Shown: positions 20,812 through 28,784 of the stretch, one piece after another
Position numbering within the stretch: position 1 is the first letter of the stretch
Layout of the letters: the number at the start of each line of letters is the position of its first letter
Sequence record: PZ583743.1
Source of the DNA: a phage
Direction: 5' to 3' (one strand)
Length of the DNA: 64,000 nucleotides
Notes under the pieces: model-generated
What the model was told of the DNA's origin: nothing
Database searches by the model: none
Seen by the model: the letters and a program-made list of their open reading frames with translations, nothing else
Translations under genes and position numbers: made by a program

Positions 20812-20964
20812 TCAATTAGTTGACTTTATTATAATATCATCAGACGCTTTATTTGTAAACTGGTCTGTGTTATTTTCTTCAAAAATTTTTTCTACGAATT
20901 CTTTGAACGACTCACGTTCCTGAGCTACATTATGCTCGATTACCTTTTCAAGATTATGACTCAT
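20812..20964 (-). CDS. Small hypothetical protein (50 aa)
   Basis: ATG overlaps upstream stop (ATGA); below ORF-track size cut-off; contains the asiA promoter. Confidence 0.35.
   Translation of the reverse strand: MSHNLEKVIEHNVAQERESFKEFVEKIFEENNTDQFTNKASDDIIIKSTN
20831..20860 (-). promoter_or_regulatory. T4-type early promoter for asiA
   Basis: -35 GTTTAC at 20855..20860, 18 nt, -10 TATTAT; lies inside small ORF 20812..20964. Confidence 0.55.
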
Positions 20965-21239
20965 TCGAAATAATCTTCAATTTCGTAATCATGGACATAA
21001 ATCATTATAGTTTTTAATACATCATCAATACTTTTTCCTGGAGCTGGAATTACGTAAAAATATCCCTCCTTTGAGTTATCTTTATAAGTTCCAATCAAGA
21101 AATCATTATTCTCGCGATGTAGTTCTTCAACTAATTCATTAACAATTGAGTGGTATAAATTTGGTAGAAACTTATATAGCTTTTCTAGAATATCAATTTT
21201 GATTGTGTATTGAACCACAGATTGAGAATCAATAATCAT
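20961..21239 (-). CDS. arn: Probable anti-restriction protein Arn (McrBC inhibitor)
   Basis: 92 aa, acidic, next to asiA as T4 arn; assignment by position and size only. Confidence 0.55.
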   Translation of the reverse strand: MIIDSQSVVQYTIKIDILEKLYKFLPNLYHSIVNELVEELHRENNDFLIGTYKDNSKEGYFYVIPAPGKSIDDVLKTIMIYVHDYEIEDYFE

Positions 21240-21322
21240 AGACCTTCCCCTTATGTTTCTGTTTGCGATTAGATTCTTTAAACGCTTTCTTCTTATCCTT
21301 ATGGACAGAAGCTTTATTAAAA

Positions 21323-21541
21323 TTATGTTTTGCGACTAAATTGTTCATAGTGCTGAATTACCTCTCTTAAACATTTGCATGTGAATGAAAACTTTTTAGC
21401 TACACCACATTCAAATATATGTTCTCTTAAATCACGCGTGTCAGTATATCCCATCTCAACAATAAAATGCCGTATTAGATTTTTATCTTTATCGTTGAGG
21501 GAATTAAAATAATCGGATTTTGAATTAATTTCCCTGGCCAA
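21323..21541 (-). CDS. Hypothetical protein
   Basis: 72-aa ORF in asiA-motA intergenic cluster. Confidence 0.5.
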   Translation of the reverse strand: MAREINSKSDYFNSLNDKDKNLIRHFIVEMGYTDTRDLREHIFECGVAKKFSFTCKCLREVIQHYEQFSRKT

Positions 21542-21821
21542 ATTGAATCACCTTCAGTTGACGTTTTAGTTCTTTTATCATTTCTTCGTTCATCGCAATA
21601 TAAAGATCACGTAAAGCAGGTTTTAGCATTCCATTTATTGGGGAACTAAATGGACATACATAATCTTTTCCTACGAGCTTTTTAGTTAATTCCATATCAC
21701 AAAACTGAAATGCAGGTTCATTAGCATAAATTCCCCAATTAGTTGACATCATTTTATTGGCATATTCCAACGCCTGGATTTGATTAGTAATTCCATCAAT
21801 TTGAAACTTTTTAATATTCAT
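21525..21821 (-). CDS. Hypothetical protein
   Basis: 98-aa ORF. Confidence 0.5.
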   Translation of the reverse strand: MNIKKFQIDGITNQIQALEYANKMMSTNWGIYANEPAFQFCDMELTKKLVGKDYVCPFSSPINGMLKPALRDLYIAMNEEMIKELKRQLKVIQFGQGN

Positions 21822-22282
21822 TAGTAAAGGTCCTCAGAGTAAAGTTCTTTTTCACTACCACCACGTTCAATACGTACTTGTCCAGCGTAAGTTGCAATAA
21901 TCATTGCTTCTTCACGTGTCCAATAATTACTATATTGGTCAATAAACCCTTGATCACCATCACAAACTTGCTGAGTAACTAATTGAGGTTTAACTACATC
22001 TAAAACTTCTGCCATATCTTTAGAATAATGACGAGCACCCGGAATAATAAGAGTTCGTCCATCTTTTAATTTAAAACGGTTGGCTGCGCAAACAATTCGT
22101 CGTTGATACTTTTGGTTTTCGTCCCAATATGCGGTCTGCCAACAGATTTCAGGAACTTCTTTTAGAATATCTTCTTCTGTGCATTTATAACCATGTGCTT
22201 TAAATTTTTCAACAAGACTTTCTGGAGTTTCACGAGATAAAGGAACATTCAACATTTTTAAACGATTAATAAATGGATTCAT
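21821..22282 (-). CDS. Hypothetical protein
   Basis: 153-aa ORF. Confidence 0.5.
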   Translation of the reverse strand: MNPFINRLKMLNVPLSRETPESLVEKFKAHGYKCTEEDILKEVPEICWQTAYWDENQKYQRRIVCAANRFKLKDGRTLIIPGARHYSKDMAEVLDVVKPQLVTQQVCDGDQGFIDQYSNYWTREEAMIIATYAGQVRIERGGSEKELYSEDLY

Positions 22283-22608
22283 TTAAACCATCCTTTAATA
22301 CGCTGCCACAAAGTTTTCTGCTGAGCTTTGTTAACACCAATTGAGCGAATAACTGGTTGAGATTCCTGGAATTCTTTATAATCAGCAAGGTAAATTTCGT
22401 AAGCTGAATCTGTAAAGGAACTTATAGCTGCCATGAAATTATTGCGAATGCCTACTGGAGCATCTTTACTTTCACGAATAATCATGTATTTGCCAGTCTT
22501 AATCTTTACGATAGTTCCAAGATAAGCTCCATGATACCAGATGTCCCACCCCTCTTGAGTGGGTTCTGCACAACGACGAAGTTCATTGATAATTTCTAAC
22601 TTGTTCAT
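22279..22608 (-). CDS. Hypothetical protein (T4 motA.1 position)
   Basis: 109-aa ORF immediately downstream of motA. Confidence 0.5.
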   Translation of the reverse strand: MNKLEIINELRRCAEPTQEGWDIWYHGAYLGTIVKIKTGKYMIIRESKDAPVGIRNNFMAAISSFTDSAYEIYLADYKEFQESQPVIRSIGVNKAQQKTLWQRIKGWFK

Positions 22609-22618
22609 TATTTATTCC

Positions 22619-23254
22619 TCACAGTTCAGATGCTACGGTGATTACAGCTTCAATGTTTTCTGCCGAGCGTTTAATGTCAAGATACACATTACCGTTTTTA
22701 GCGATTTTACATGACATTCCGATATCAGTAAATTTCTGAATATGATGTTCCATCATTTTGTATCCAAAAATTCGCATATTTCCATTGTTGTTAATTTCAA
22801 AATTACGAATTCCGTGAGTGCGTTTTTCTAAAATAGCGAGATAGTTACTACGATAAGTTTCAATCTTTTTAAGAACAAATCCATTTTCATCTAAAAGTTT
22901 TAACATGAAGTCTTTATCTTCTTCCATATCAGAAGTAATTTCGCGAGCTTTACGTGTTGCTCGTTTTTTCAACAGTTCAGGAGCATTTTCCTGTGCGTAT
23001 AAAGTTGCCGCATTTGAAATAATATCCTGAGCTTCACCAGTAATGATTAATCCATCACCAGATTTCTCCACCAGGCCTTTTTTAATCAATACCCCAATAT
23101 TACTATTAACTACTGCATTACCTAAATCTGGATGCACCTCACGAACTTCTGCAGCTGTAATGAAATCTTTCTTAGCAATGGTAATTAAAATCGCAGCAGT
23201 TTTTTCATTCAGAACATCGTTAGAAGCTTTGATGATGTAAGTTACTTTAGACAT
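22619..23254 (-). CDS. motA: Middle transcription activator MotA
   Basis: 211 aa; MSKVTYIIKASNDVLNEKTAAILITIAKKDF... matches T4 MotA. Confidence 0.9.
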   Translation of the reverse strand: MSKVTYIIKASNDVLNEKTAAILITIAKKDFITAAEVREVHPDLGNAVVNSNIGVLIKKGLVEKSGDGLIITGEAQDIISNAATLYAQENAPELLKKRATRKAREITSDMEEDKDFMLKLLDENGFVLKKIETYRSNYLAILEKRTHGIRNFEINNNGNMRIFGYKMMEHHIQKFTDIGMSCKIAKNGNVYLDIKRSAENIEAVITVASEL

Positions 23255-23295
23255 TTTCTAATCTCCGTAATTCTGTATCAGTAGTTGATAGTTGT

Positions 23296-23325
23296 ATAGT
23301 ACCACAGTATGCTTTGGTTGTAAAC
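23296..23325 (-). promoter_or_regulatory. T4-type early promoter for motA (cassette B)
   Basis: -35 GTTTAC at 23320..23325, 18 nt, -10 TACTAT; near-identical to cassette A. Confidence 0.6.
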
Positions 23326-23350
23326 AGTTTTGTGAAAAAAATTTTGAAAT

Positions 23351-23376
23351 AAAAAAGGGAGAGCCTCAGCTCTCCC
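23351..23376 (-). terminator. Rho-independent terminator after gene 52 / small ORF
   Basis: Hairpin gggagagc-ctca-gctctccc at 23357..23376 followed on the minus strand by a U-run. Confidence 0.7.
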
Positions 23377-23381
23377 TAAAA

Positions 23382-23531
23382 TTACTGCATGACTGTGATA
23401 ACTGTCATGATAACACGTTGAATGCCGAACGCAAGAAGACCTCCTGCTACGGCTGGAACAACACCTAGCCCCGCTAGTAAAATGCCACCAGATACTAATG
23501 CCGCGCTTGTAATACCAATGAATGGACTCAT
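23382..23531 (-). CDS. Small membrane protein (49 aa; T4 52.1 position)
   Basis: ATG overlaps gene 52 stop (ATGA); hydrophobic; followed by terminator. Confidence 0.5.
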   Translation of the reverse strand: MSPFIGITSAALVSGGILLAGLGVVPAVAGGLLAFGIQRVIMTVITVMQ

Positions 23532-24856
23532 TTGATTTCCTCTAAATCTTTGGTGTATTCGGTAACTACATCAGTAGTTTTCCAATATTCGTTTTCTTCT
23601 TTTTTAGCTTTAGCTTCTTCAGCAAGTTTCTTTGCTTCATCGGAAGTCATATGAAAAATATTCATTCCGACTAGTTTATCAACATAAGAAGAATACATAT
23701 CAATTTTAGAAAGTTCTTCGGTCAGTTCTTTGCGAGTTTTACCCTGCACAACAATTTCACCTGAAATTACTTTCTTAATGAAATGTGCCTTGGCAAAGGC
23801 TAAACGAAATGCTGATTCAGTTTCTTTAATTTTGTTATCAATTCGTTTTTGGACGTAAGTTTTACGAACTTCAACAAAGTCTTTAATTAAATCAACTACG
23901 TTATCGTAAACTTGTAGCTTTCCTTTCTCATTAATGACTGTAATATTCTGAGAACGACGCTCAATCAACCCGAAGTCTTTCATGATTTTTGCATGGCGTT
24001 CTTCTTCGTTATCACTCAAAGAGTATTCTTTGCGGAATTTAACTTTAAATCCAAAACCATGCTCACCGCAAGCATCATCCCATGTAATGAAGCCTTTATC
24101 TTCAAGCGGGTCTAAGATTTTACTCACGTAAGTTTCACGATCATACTTATACGGAATTTCAGTGATATTCATTTGAGTTCGTGAAGTAAACTTGTACGTT
24201 CCACGAATTTCATATTGACCATCAATTTCAACGACTTCACCACGAAATTCTGGGAATTCTACCTTCGGTTTAGTTACTTTCTTTCCTTGAAGAGCTTGTA
24301 GTACAGCTTTCTTGACAGAAGAAACACTATGAGGAAGAATGTAAGTTGCATAACCAGTTGCAATACCGGAAACACCATTAAGAAGAACAGTAGGAATAAT
24401 AGGCAAATAGAAAGCAGGAGGAATGTGTTCTTTATCTTGATGTACCGGAGCATATTCAGTATCTTTATATACGTTATAGAAATTTTTACTTACGCGAGCA
24501 AAAATATAACGACTTGCTGCTGCTTTTTGGACGGTACGAGAACCAAAGTTTCCTTGGCCGTCTAACAAAGGAAAGTTATTATTCCATGTGTTAGCCATCA
24601 AAGCCCCCGCATCTTGTGCAGAGTTTTCACCATGATGATATCCAAGGTCTGCTACACCACCTGCAATAGAAGCAAGTTTGTGAAACTTATCTTTATTTCC
24701 CCGTGCCAAATCAAGAGCTCGAGCAATAACAAATCGTTGAACTGGCTTAAATCCATCAATCATATTTGGAATAGCACGATTTTCAACCGTGTACATAGCA
24801 TAAGCCAATGCTTCATTATCAATGATACTTTTTAAATCGCGATTATTCAGTTGCAT
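23528..24856 (-). CDS. 52: DNA topoisomerase II medium subunit gp52
   Basis: 442 aa, same length as T4 gp52; GyrA-like N-terminus with active-site region. Confidence 0.95.
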   Translation of the reverse strand: MQLNNRDLKSIIDNEALAYAMYTVENRAIPNMIDGFKPVQRFVIARALDLARGNKDKFHKLASIAGGVADLGYHHGENSAQDAGALMANTWNNNFPLLDGQGNFGSRTVQKAAASRYIFARVSKNFYNVYKDTEYAPVHQDKEHIPPAFYLPIIPTVLLNGVSGIATGYATYILPHSVSSVKKAVLQALQGKKVTKPKVEFPEFRGEVVEIDGQYEIRGTYKFTSRTQMNITEIPYKYDRETYVSKILDPLEDKGFITWDDACGEHGFGFKVKFRKEYSLSDNEEERHAKIMKDFGLIERRSQNITVINEKGKLQVYDNVVDLIKDFVEVRKTYVQKRIDNKIKETESAFRLAFAKAHFIKKVISGEIVVQGKTRKELTEELSKIDMYSSYVDKLVGMNIFHMTSDEAKKLAEEAKAKKEENEYWKTTDVVTEYTKDLEEIK

Positions 24857-24860
24857 AAAT

Positions 24861-25001
24861 TTACCATACTAGTGAATGTAGTGCCATAATAACATCAGAA
24901 ATGAAAAGCACGACTTGAATTAATCCGAACATTACTCCATAATATAGCGCTATCAATAAAATAGCAAGGGCTACCGAGTAGCCCAAGATTTTCTTAATCA
25001 T
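24861..25001 (-). CDS. Tiny hydrophobic protein (46 aa)
   Basis: Minus-strand ORF between ac-like ORF and gene 52; start overlaps upstream ORF end. Confidence 0.35.
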   Translation of the reverse strand: MIKKILGYSVALAILLIALYYGVMFGLIQVVLFISDVIMALHSLVW

Positions 25002-25152
25002 TAGTAGATAACAACACAAATGTTAAATATGCACACATACCCTGGGCTAAAGCTTGTGAAAACACACTGCTAGCATCGATACAGATAGTTAAAACACATG
25101 CTACTATCCAACAAATAAATGAAATAACTCCTAATAATTTTGCAATATTCAT
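24994..25152 (-). CDS. Small membrane protein, probably Ac (acridine sensitivity)
   Basis: 52 aa, MNIAKLLGVISFICWIVACVLTICIDASS...; position between stp and 52 as T4 ac. Confidence 0.5.
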   Translation of the reverse strand: MNIAKLLGVISFICWIVACVLTICIDASSVFSQALAQGMCAYLTFVLLSTND

Positions 25153-25159
25153 ATTTTCC

Positions 25160-25240
25160 TCACTGGCGTCCGAAGACGCCTTTAGTTTTAAGATTGTTAC
25201 GATAGAACTGCATCACGTGTTCGTTATGGAAATTACTCAT
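25160..25240 (-). CDS. stp: Stp peptide (26 aa), activator of the host PrrC anticodon nuclease
   Basis: Translation [26 protein letters not shown] matches T4 Stp; ATG overlaps ndd stop. Confidence 0.8.
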
Positions 25241-25695
25241 TAATATGCCTGCAAAACAAATTTAAAGTTATCAGCCAACATACGGTTCATTTCTTCAAGT
25301 GTTTGATACTCAGAATGATGATTACGAGTAAACGCTAAAGCTAACTGACCTTTTCCAAATCCCGTCGTCAGAGGTTTCATCTTAGAAGCAGGTAGATAAA
25401 ATACTGTGTATGGAACATTGTTATTTGCAATAGTACGCGCGAGCTGGGACCGACGCTGACGAATATGACTTAGAACTGCACTGAATCCTTGCTTAGAACG
25501 CTGATTACCTACATAAAATCGCGCAGATACACACGGACTATCAAATGGACCACCAAATTTGCTCACTAAAAAGTAAAATCCAGGGTTAGACAAAATGTCT
25601 TTATGCGGAGTTCCAAAAACCCATTCACCGCCCTTGATTGTACCAATAACAGTTGCGCCTGCATTATTCAGATCAGTAACAGTCATGTATTTCAT
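25240..25695 (-). CDS. ndd: Nucleoid disruption protein Ndd
   Basis: 151 aa, same length as T4 Ndd; between denB region and stp. Confidence 0.8.
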
Positions 25696-25715
25696 ATTGA
25701 TTTCCTCTAATTATT

Positions 25716-25740
25716 TTCTACTCCAAGGCCGTATGTATTC
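25716..25740 (-). promoter_or_regulatory. RNA hairpin in ndd leader
   Basis: ggccgtatg-tatt-catacggc (8-bp stem); no U-run; GGAG sites nearby. Confidence 0.35.
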
Positions 25741-25754
25741 ATACGGCTGTTAAA

Positions 25755-25970
25755 TTAATCGTCGCAGTCGACACTTAATTCCCAGAATTCTTCTACAGTA
25801 TAAGTTTCAGTATCATTTTCAATACAGAAACGTTCATTACTGTTATTTGCTAAAGTAGCGTTAACTGTCATTTTCTCGCTAGTACTCTTAAGAGGTGAAA
25901 TACGAATTAACTGATCACCATTATCTAAGCAAAAAATTTCACCGACCTTTACATCTTTAAAAATTTTCAT
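25755..25970 (-). CDS. Hypothetical protein (ndd.1-like position)
   Basis: 71-aa ORF. Confidence 0.5.
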   Translation of the reverse strand: MKIFKDVKVGEIFCLDNGDQLIRISPLKSTSEKMTVNATLANNSNERFCIENDTETYTVEEFWELSVDCDD

Positions 25971-25978
25971 AATTCACC

Positions 25979-26089
25979 TCAGGGAGTATAAAATCCAAAT
26001 GCAGTTGTTGACCATCCCATCCAATATGGGAAATTTGCACCAATGTAAAACATAAGAATATAAAACCAACCACTCAGCAAATTCATCAT
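25979..26089 (-). CDS. Tiny hydrophobic peptide (36 aa)
   Basis: ATGA overlap with upstream stop; part of cluster of tiny membrane ORFs as T4 ndd.2-ndd.6. Confidence 0.35.
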   Translation of the reverse strand: MMNLLSGWFYILMFYIGANFPYWMGWSTTAFGFYTP

Positions 26090-26283
26090 TTTACACCATT
26101 CCAAATTGTTTCAACCACAGATTTTAAACCATTTTGGTGAATATCCATTCCGACAACCGCCATCAAATAGATTCCAACCACAACTGACCCCAAGGCGAAA
26201 ATCAGCATGAAAATGAATAAAGCAGGAAAAATATTATCAAAAAACCATTCCATAAATGTAAAAGCACTGCGTTTACGCTTCAT
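26086..26283 (-). CDS. Small membrane protein
   Basis: ORF track 26086..26304; GAGGAAAA SD precedes ATG at 26283; two TM segments. Confidence 0.5.
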   Translation of the reverse strand: MKRKRSAFTFMEWFFDNIFPALFIFMLIFALGSVVVGIYLMAVVGMDIHQNGLKSVVETIWNGVK

Positions 26284-26290
26284 ATTTTCC

Positions 26291-26404
26291 TCACATAAAT
26301 CCAAAGTAAGCGTTTAATACATCAATCATTAAAACGATTGGGAATATACTTAAAACTACTAGTATTATAACTACATTCCATATAGCTTTAACAATCTTTT
26401 TCAT
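26291..26404 (-). CDS. Tiny hydrophobic peptide (37 aa)
   Basis: First ORF after early promoter 26433..26462. Confidence 0.35.
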   Translation of the reverse strand: MKKIVKAIWNVVIILVVLSIFPIVLMIDVLNAYFGFM

Positions 26405-26432
26405 TTTCTATTCCTCCGTAGTTGATAGAGTA

Positions 26433-26462
26433 ATAATACCACAGAGGAACAGTCTTGTAAAC
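26433..26462 (-). promoter_or_regulatory. T4-type early promoter (cassette E)
   Basis: -35 GTTTAC at 26457..26462, 18 nt, -10 TATTAT; precedes tiny hydrophobic ORFs. Confidence 0.5.
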
Positions 26463-26564
26463 AACTTTTTTAAAAATATTCGTAATAAATGTGAATACCA
26501 ATCACCACTGCCGAAACTTGTGCAACCCACCACGCACAAGCAATAAGCACAGAATTAAAAATTT

Positions 26565-26651
26565 TCATAATAACCTCATCACAAAAGTAAATGTTAAACA
26601 AATTAATGGAATACTAATTAACCAAACGAAACACCACCATAATGAACTCAT
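26565..26651 (-). CDS. Tiny hydrophobic peptide (28 aa)
   Basis: MSSLWWCFVWLISIPLICLTFTFVMRLL; coupled to neighbours. Confidence 0.3.
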   Translation of the reverse strand: MSSLWWCFVWLISIPLICLTFTFVMRLL

Positions 26652-26679
26652 AGTTCAATCTCAACGATTTTCATTTTAC

Positions 26680-26886
26680 TCAATAATCCGCTAAAAGATC
26701 GACGATTGCATCACGAAGACACTTATTCGCAATACGTTTAAGAGCAATTTCAGTTTCTGGAGCATTTTGAATAATCATTGAATTCAATTCAGCCTCAGCA
26801 AACTGAAGTTCTTTAACTAATTCAGCTTTATATTTTCCTTGCCCTTTCTTAGCTTTTGCTCGTTTTAATTCAGCTGTAGTAAACAT
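26680..26886 (-). CDS. Hypothetical protein
   Basis: ORF track 26680..26898; conserved leader tttggagaataaaATG places start at 26886. Confidence 0.5.
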   Translation of the reverse strand: MFTTAELKRAKAKKGQGKYKAELVKELQFAEAELNSMIIQNAPETEIALKRIANKCLRDAIVDLLADY

Positions 26887-26920
26887 TTTATTCTCCAAAT
26901 CCGTATCAGTTGATAGTTGT

Positions 26921-26950
26921 ATAGTACCACAGTCCTTGTGGTATGTAAAC
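26921..26950 (-). promoter_or_regulatory. T4-type early promoter (cassette C)
   Basis: -35 GTTTAC at 26945..26950, 18 nt, -10 TACTAT; leader identical to cassette D. Confidence 0.6.
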
Positions 26951-26967
26951 CGTTTTGTGAAAATTTT

Positions 26968-27525
26968 TTAAATGGAAAGATACCATCCGTTGTAGTTGCT
27001 TTTTCTTACAACCTTACGAAGGTCTTCTCTATCACCGATGAACTTCGGAGTGTACTGGATGACACCTGGATGAATTTCTTTAGTGTTGAATATAATTATA
27101 CAGTCAGCGACTTGGTGATTCAGAATGGGCCCTAGATTTATTCCAGAACCGTATGGATACTCCCCGCTGCATCCGGTTGTTACCGAAATCCAACGTGAGT
27201 CAGTTTGATGTGTTTTGACTTCTACACGAAGCCCACAGTATTTTGGATGCGCCAATACATCCCATGCGTAAGTATACGGGTCATTAACATCCTCTTGGCC
27301 TTTGTTAACATATCCGCTTAGCCAATCTGCTACAAAAAATTCTGCGTACACAGCGATACGGCATCTTTCAATAACTTCTGCTTTATCCTGATTAGGATTT
27401 TGTTTTAAAGAGTATCTTGCTGTATCAGCAATTTTGACCTTCATTTCACTAGTCAAATCATTGTTCGATAGGGTAAATGTCGGAATCTGAAATAGTCTCT
27501 GTAAACCTGGATTCGTTTTCTGCAT
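26968..27525 (-). CDS. denB: Probable endonuclease IV DenB
   Basis: 185 aa, same length as T4 DenB; downstream of rIIB; assignment by position and size. Confidence 0.6.
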   Translation of the reverse strand: MQKTNPGLQRLFQIPTFTLSNNDLTSEMKVKIADTARYSLKQNPNQDKAEVIERCRIAVYAEFFVADWLSGYVNKGQEDVNDPYTYAWDVLAHPKYCGLRVEVKTHQTDSRWISVTTGCSGEYPYGSGINLGPILNHQVADCIIIFNTKEIHPGVIQYTPKFIGDREDLRKVVRKSNYNGWYLSI

Positions 27526-27583
27526 TAAACTTTCCTTTTACGTCGGAATCACTGATATTCATATAATAAATCATAGTTTCCCT

Positions 27584-27608
27584 TAAAACAAAAGGGCCGA
27601 AGCCCTTT
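27584..27608 (-). terminator. Rho-independent terminator with UUCG tetraloop
   Basis: Minus strand GGGCUUCGGCCC followed by UUUUGUUUU, after stop at 27612. Confidence 0.6.
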
Positions 27609-27611
27609 ATT

Positions 27612-27863
27612 TTATTTGAATTGTGCAATTCTTTTCTCTAAACAATCTGCGTAAGATTTCATTGAGATAAACTGCGAAAGCAGCAGTTCTTGCTCAACTG
27701 CATTAACCATTGAAAACTTTTCACTTTCTAAAAATTTGCTCAGTGCATTAATTTTGAGCATTAATTGATCGTATTCTTCTTTTACTCGTGCTTGATAACC
27801 TAACATAATTTTCCTCAGTAATGGGCCGAAGCCCTTATTTAAATTGTTCAGTAACGTCTTCAA
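27612..27863 (-). CDS. Hypothetical protein (T4 rIIB.1 position)
   Basis: 83-aa ORF; followed by UUCG hairpin terminator. Confidence 0.5.
   Translation of the reverse strand: MKTLLNNLNKGFGPLLRKIMLGYQARVKEEYDQLMLKINALSKFLESEKFSMVNAVEQELLLSQFISMKSYADCLEKRIAQFK
27823..27834 (-). promoter_or_regulatory. UUCG-tetraloop hairpin at rIIB 3' end
   Basis: gggccgaagccc; no U-run. Confidence 0.4.
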
Positions 27864-28773
27864 CTACTTCGTATTGACAGGTACGCATTTTAGCATCGTT
27901 GTAATCAATCGGAATTGATACTACATCACGCGGATGTACTTTAACTTTTACAACTCGGCTGGTTGAACTACCAAAGTGACGAATATAAGATTTAGAACAC
28001 ACATGCAGACCACGAGAACAAGTTTGTGTATCATCGTCATTCACACGAGTACGTGGCATTTTAACTACTTTACCAGGGCTGTTATCAAAAGTATTTGAAT
28101 GACAGTCAAAGTAATTGCTGCGAACTACTTTCCAAGCATAGAAGTAGCCGTCTTCTGTAATTTCAATATCGTTTGCTACCAAGAAATCAAAGAGTCGAGA
28201 TACTGCTTTTTGGCTTGGGTTTTCCAGCAGATTTTCCAGGAACGGAAAATAAAATTCAAAGTTTTCGCCTTTTTCCATCGAATCGAGAATACGATCAACT
28301 AAACCAGACCGCAATTCAATGTTTTGATAGAACAAGCTTCCACCTTCAATTCGAACATCACCCGAAATATATTTTTCAACAGCGCGACGAACGTTAATTT
28401 TTTGTGCCGCTTCTTCTAATTTATCTGCAACAAGCAGGTTAAGAATTTCCTGGAAGTTTGAATGAGTATTAGGAGTTGCGTTATAAGTTACGCCGTCAAC
28501 AGTAATTGAAATGAATTTTTTAGATGCATTCCAAATAATGTCAGATTTAGCAACTGGAGCAATAGCTACATCACTCTTAACTTCAACTGTAATGTCACCG
28601 CTAATGGTAACTTTAGAGCGTTCAGCTTCTTTAGCATTTTTCAAAACACGACGGATTGTGTCAACCGATACACCTTGCCAATCAGCCAATTCCTGTTGGG
28701 TATAATTACCGCTTGAATACAGTTTAACAATTTCAGCTTGTTCGTTTTTGGTCAGGCATTTAATATTGTACAT
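27835..28773 (-). CDS. rIIB: Lysis inhibition / Rex exclusion protein rIIB
   Basis: 312 aa; MYNIKCLTKNEQAEIVKLYSSGNYTQQELADWQGVSVDTIRRVL... matches T4 rIIB. Confidence 0.95.
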   Translation of the reverse strand: MYNIKCLTKNEQAEIVKLYSSGNYTQQELADWQGVSVDTIRRVLKNAKEAERSKVTISGDITVEVKSDVAIAPVAKSDIIWNASKKFISITVDGVTYNATPNTHSNFQEILNLLVADKLEEAAQKINVRRAVEKYISGDVRIEGGSLFYQNIELRSGLVDRILDSMEKGENFEFYFPFLENLLENPSQKAVSRLFDFLVANDIEITEDGYFYAWKVVRSNYFDCHSNTFDNSPGKVVKMPRTRVNDDDTQTCSRGLHVCSKSYIRHFGSSTSRVVKVKVHPRDVVSIPIDYNDAKMRTCQYEVVEDVTEQFK

Positions 28774-28784
28774 AATTTTCCTTA

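Noticed and set aside
21238-21348. Possible 37-aa basic minus-strand ORF between arn and the next ORF
   Set aside because: It would overlap the 72-aa ORF 21323..21541 by 26 nt in another frame and has no convincing SD; left unannotated.
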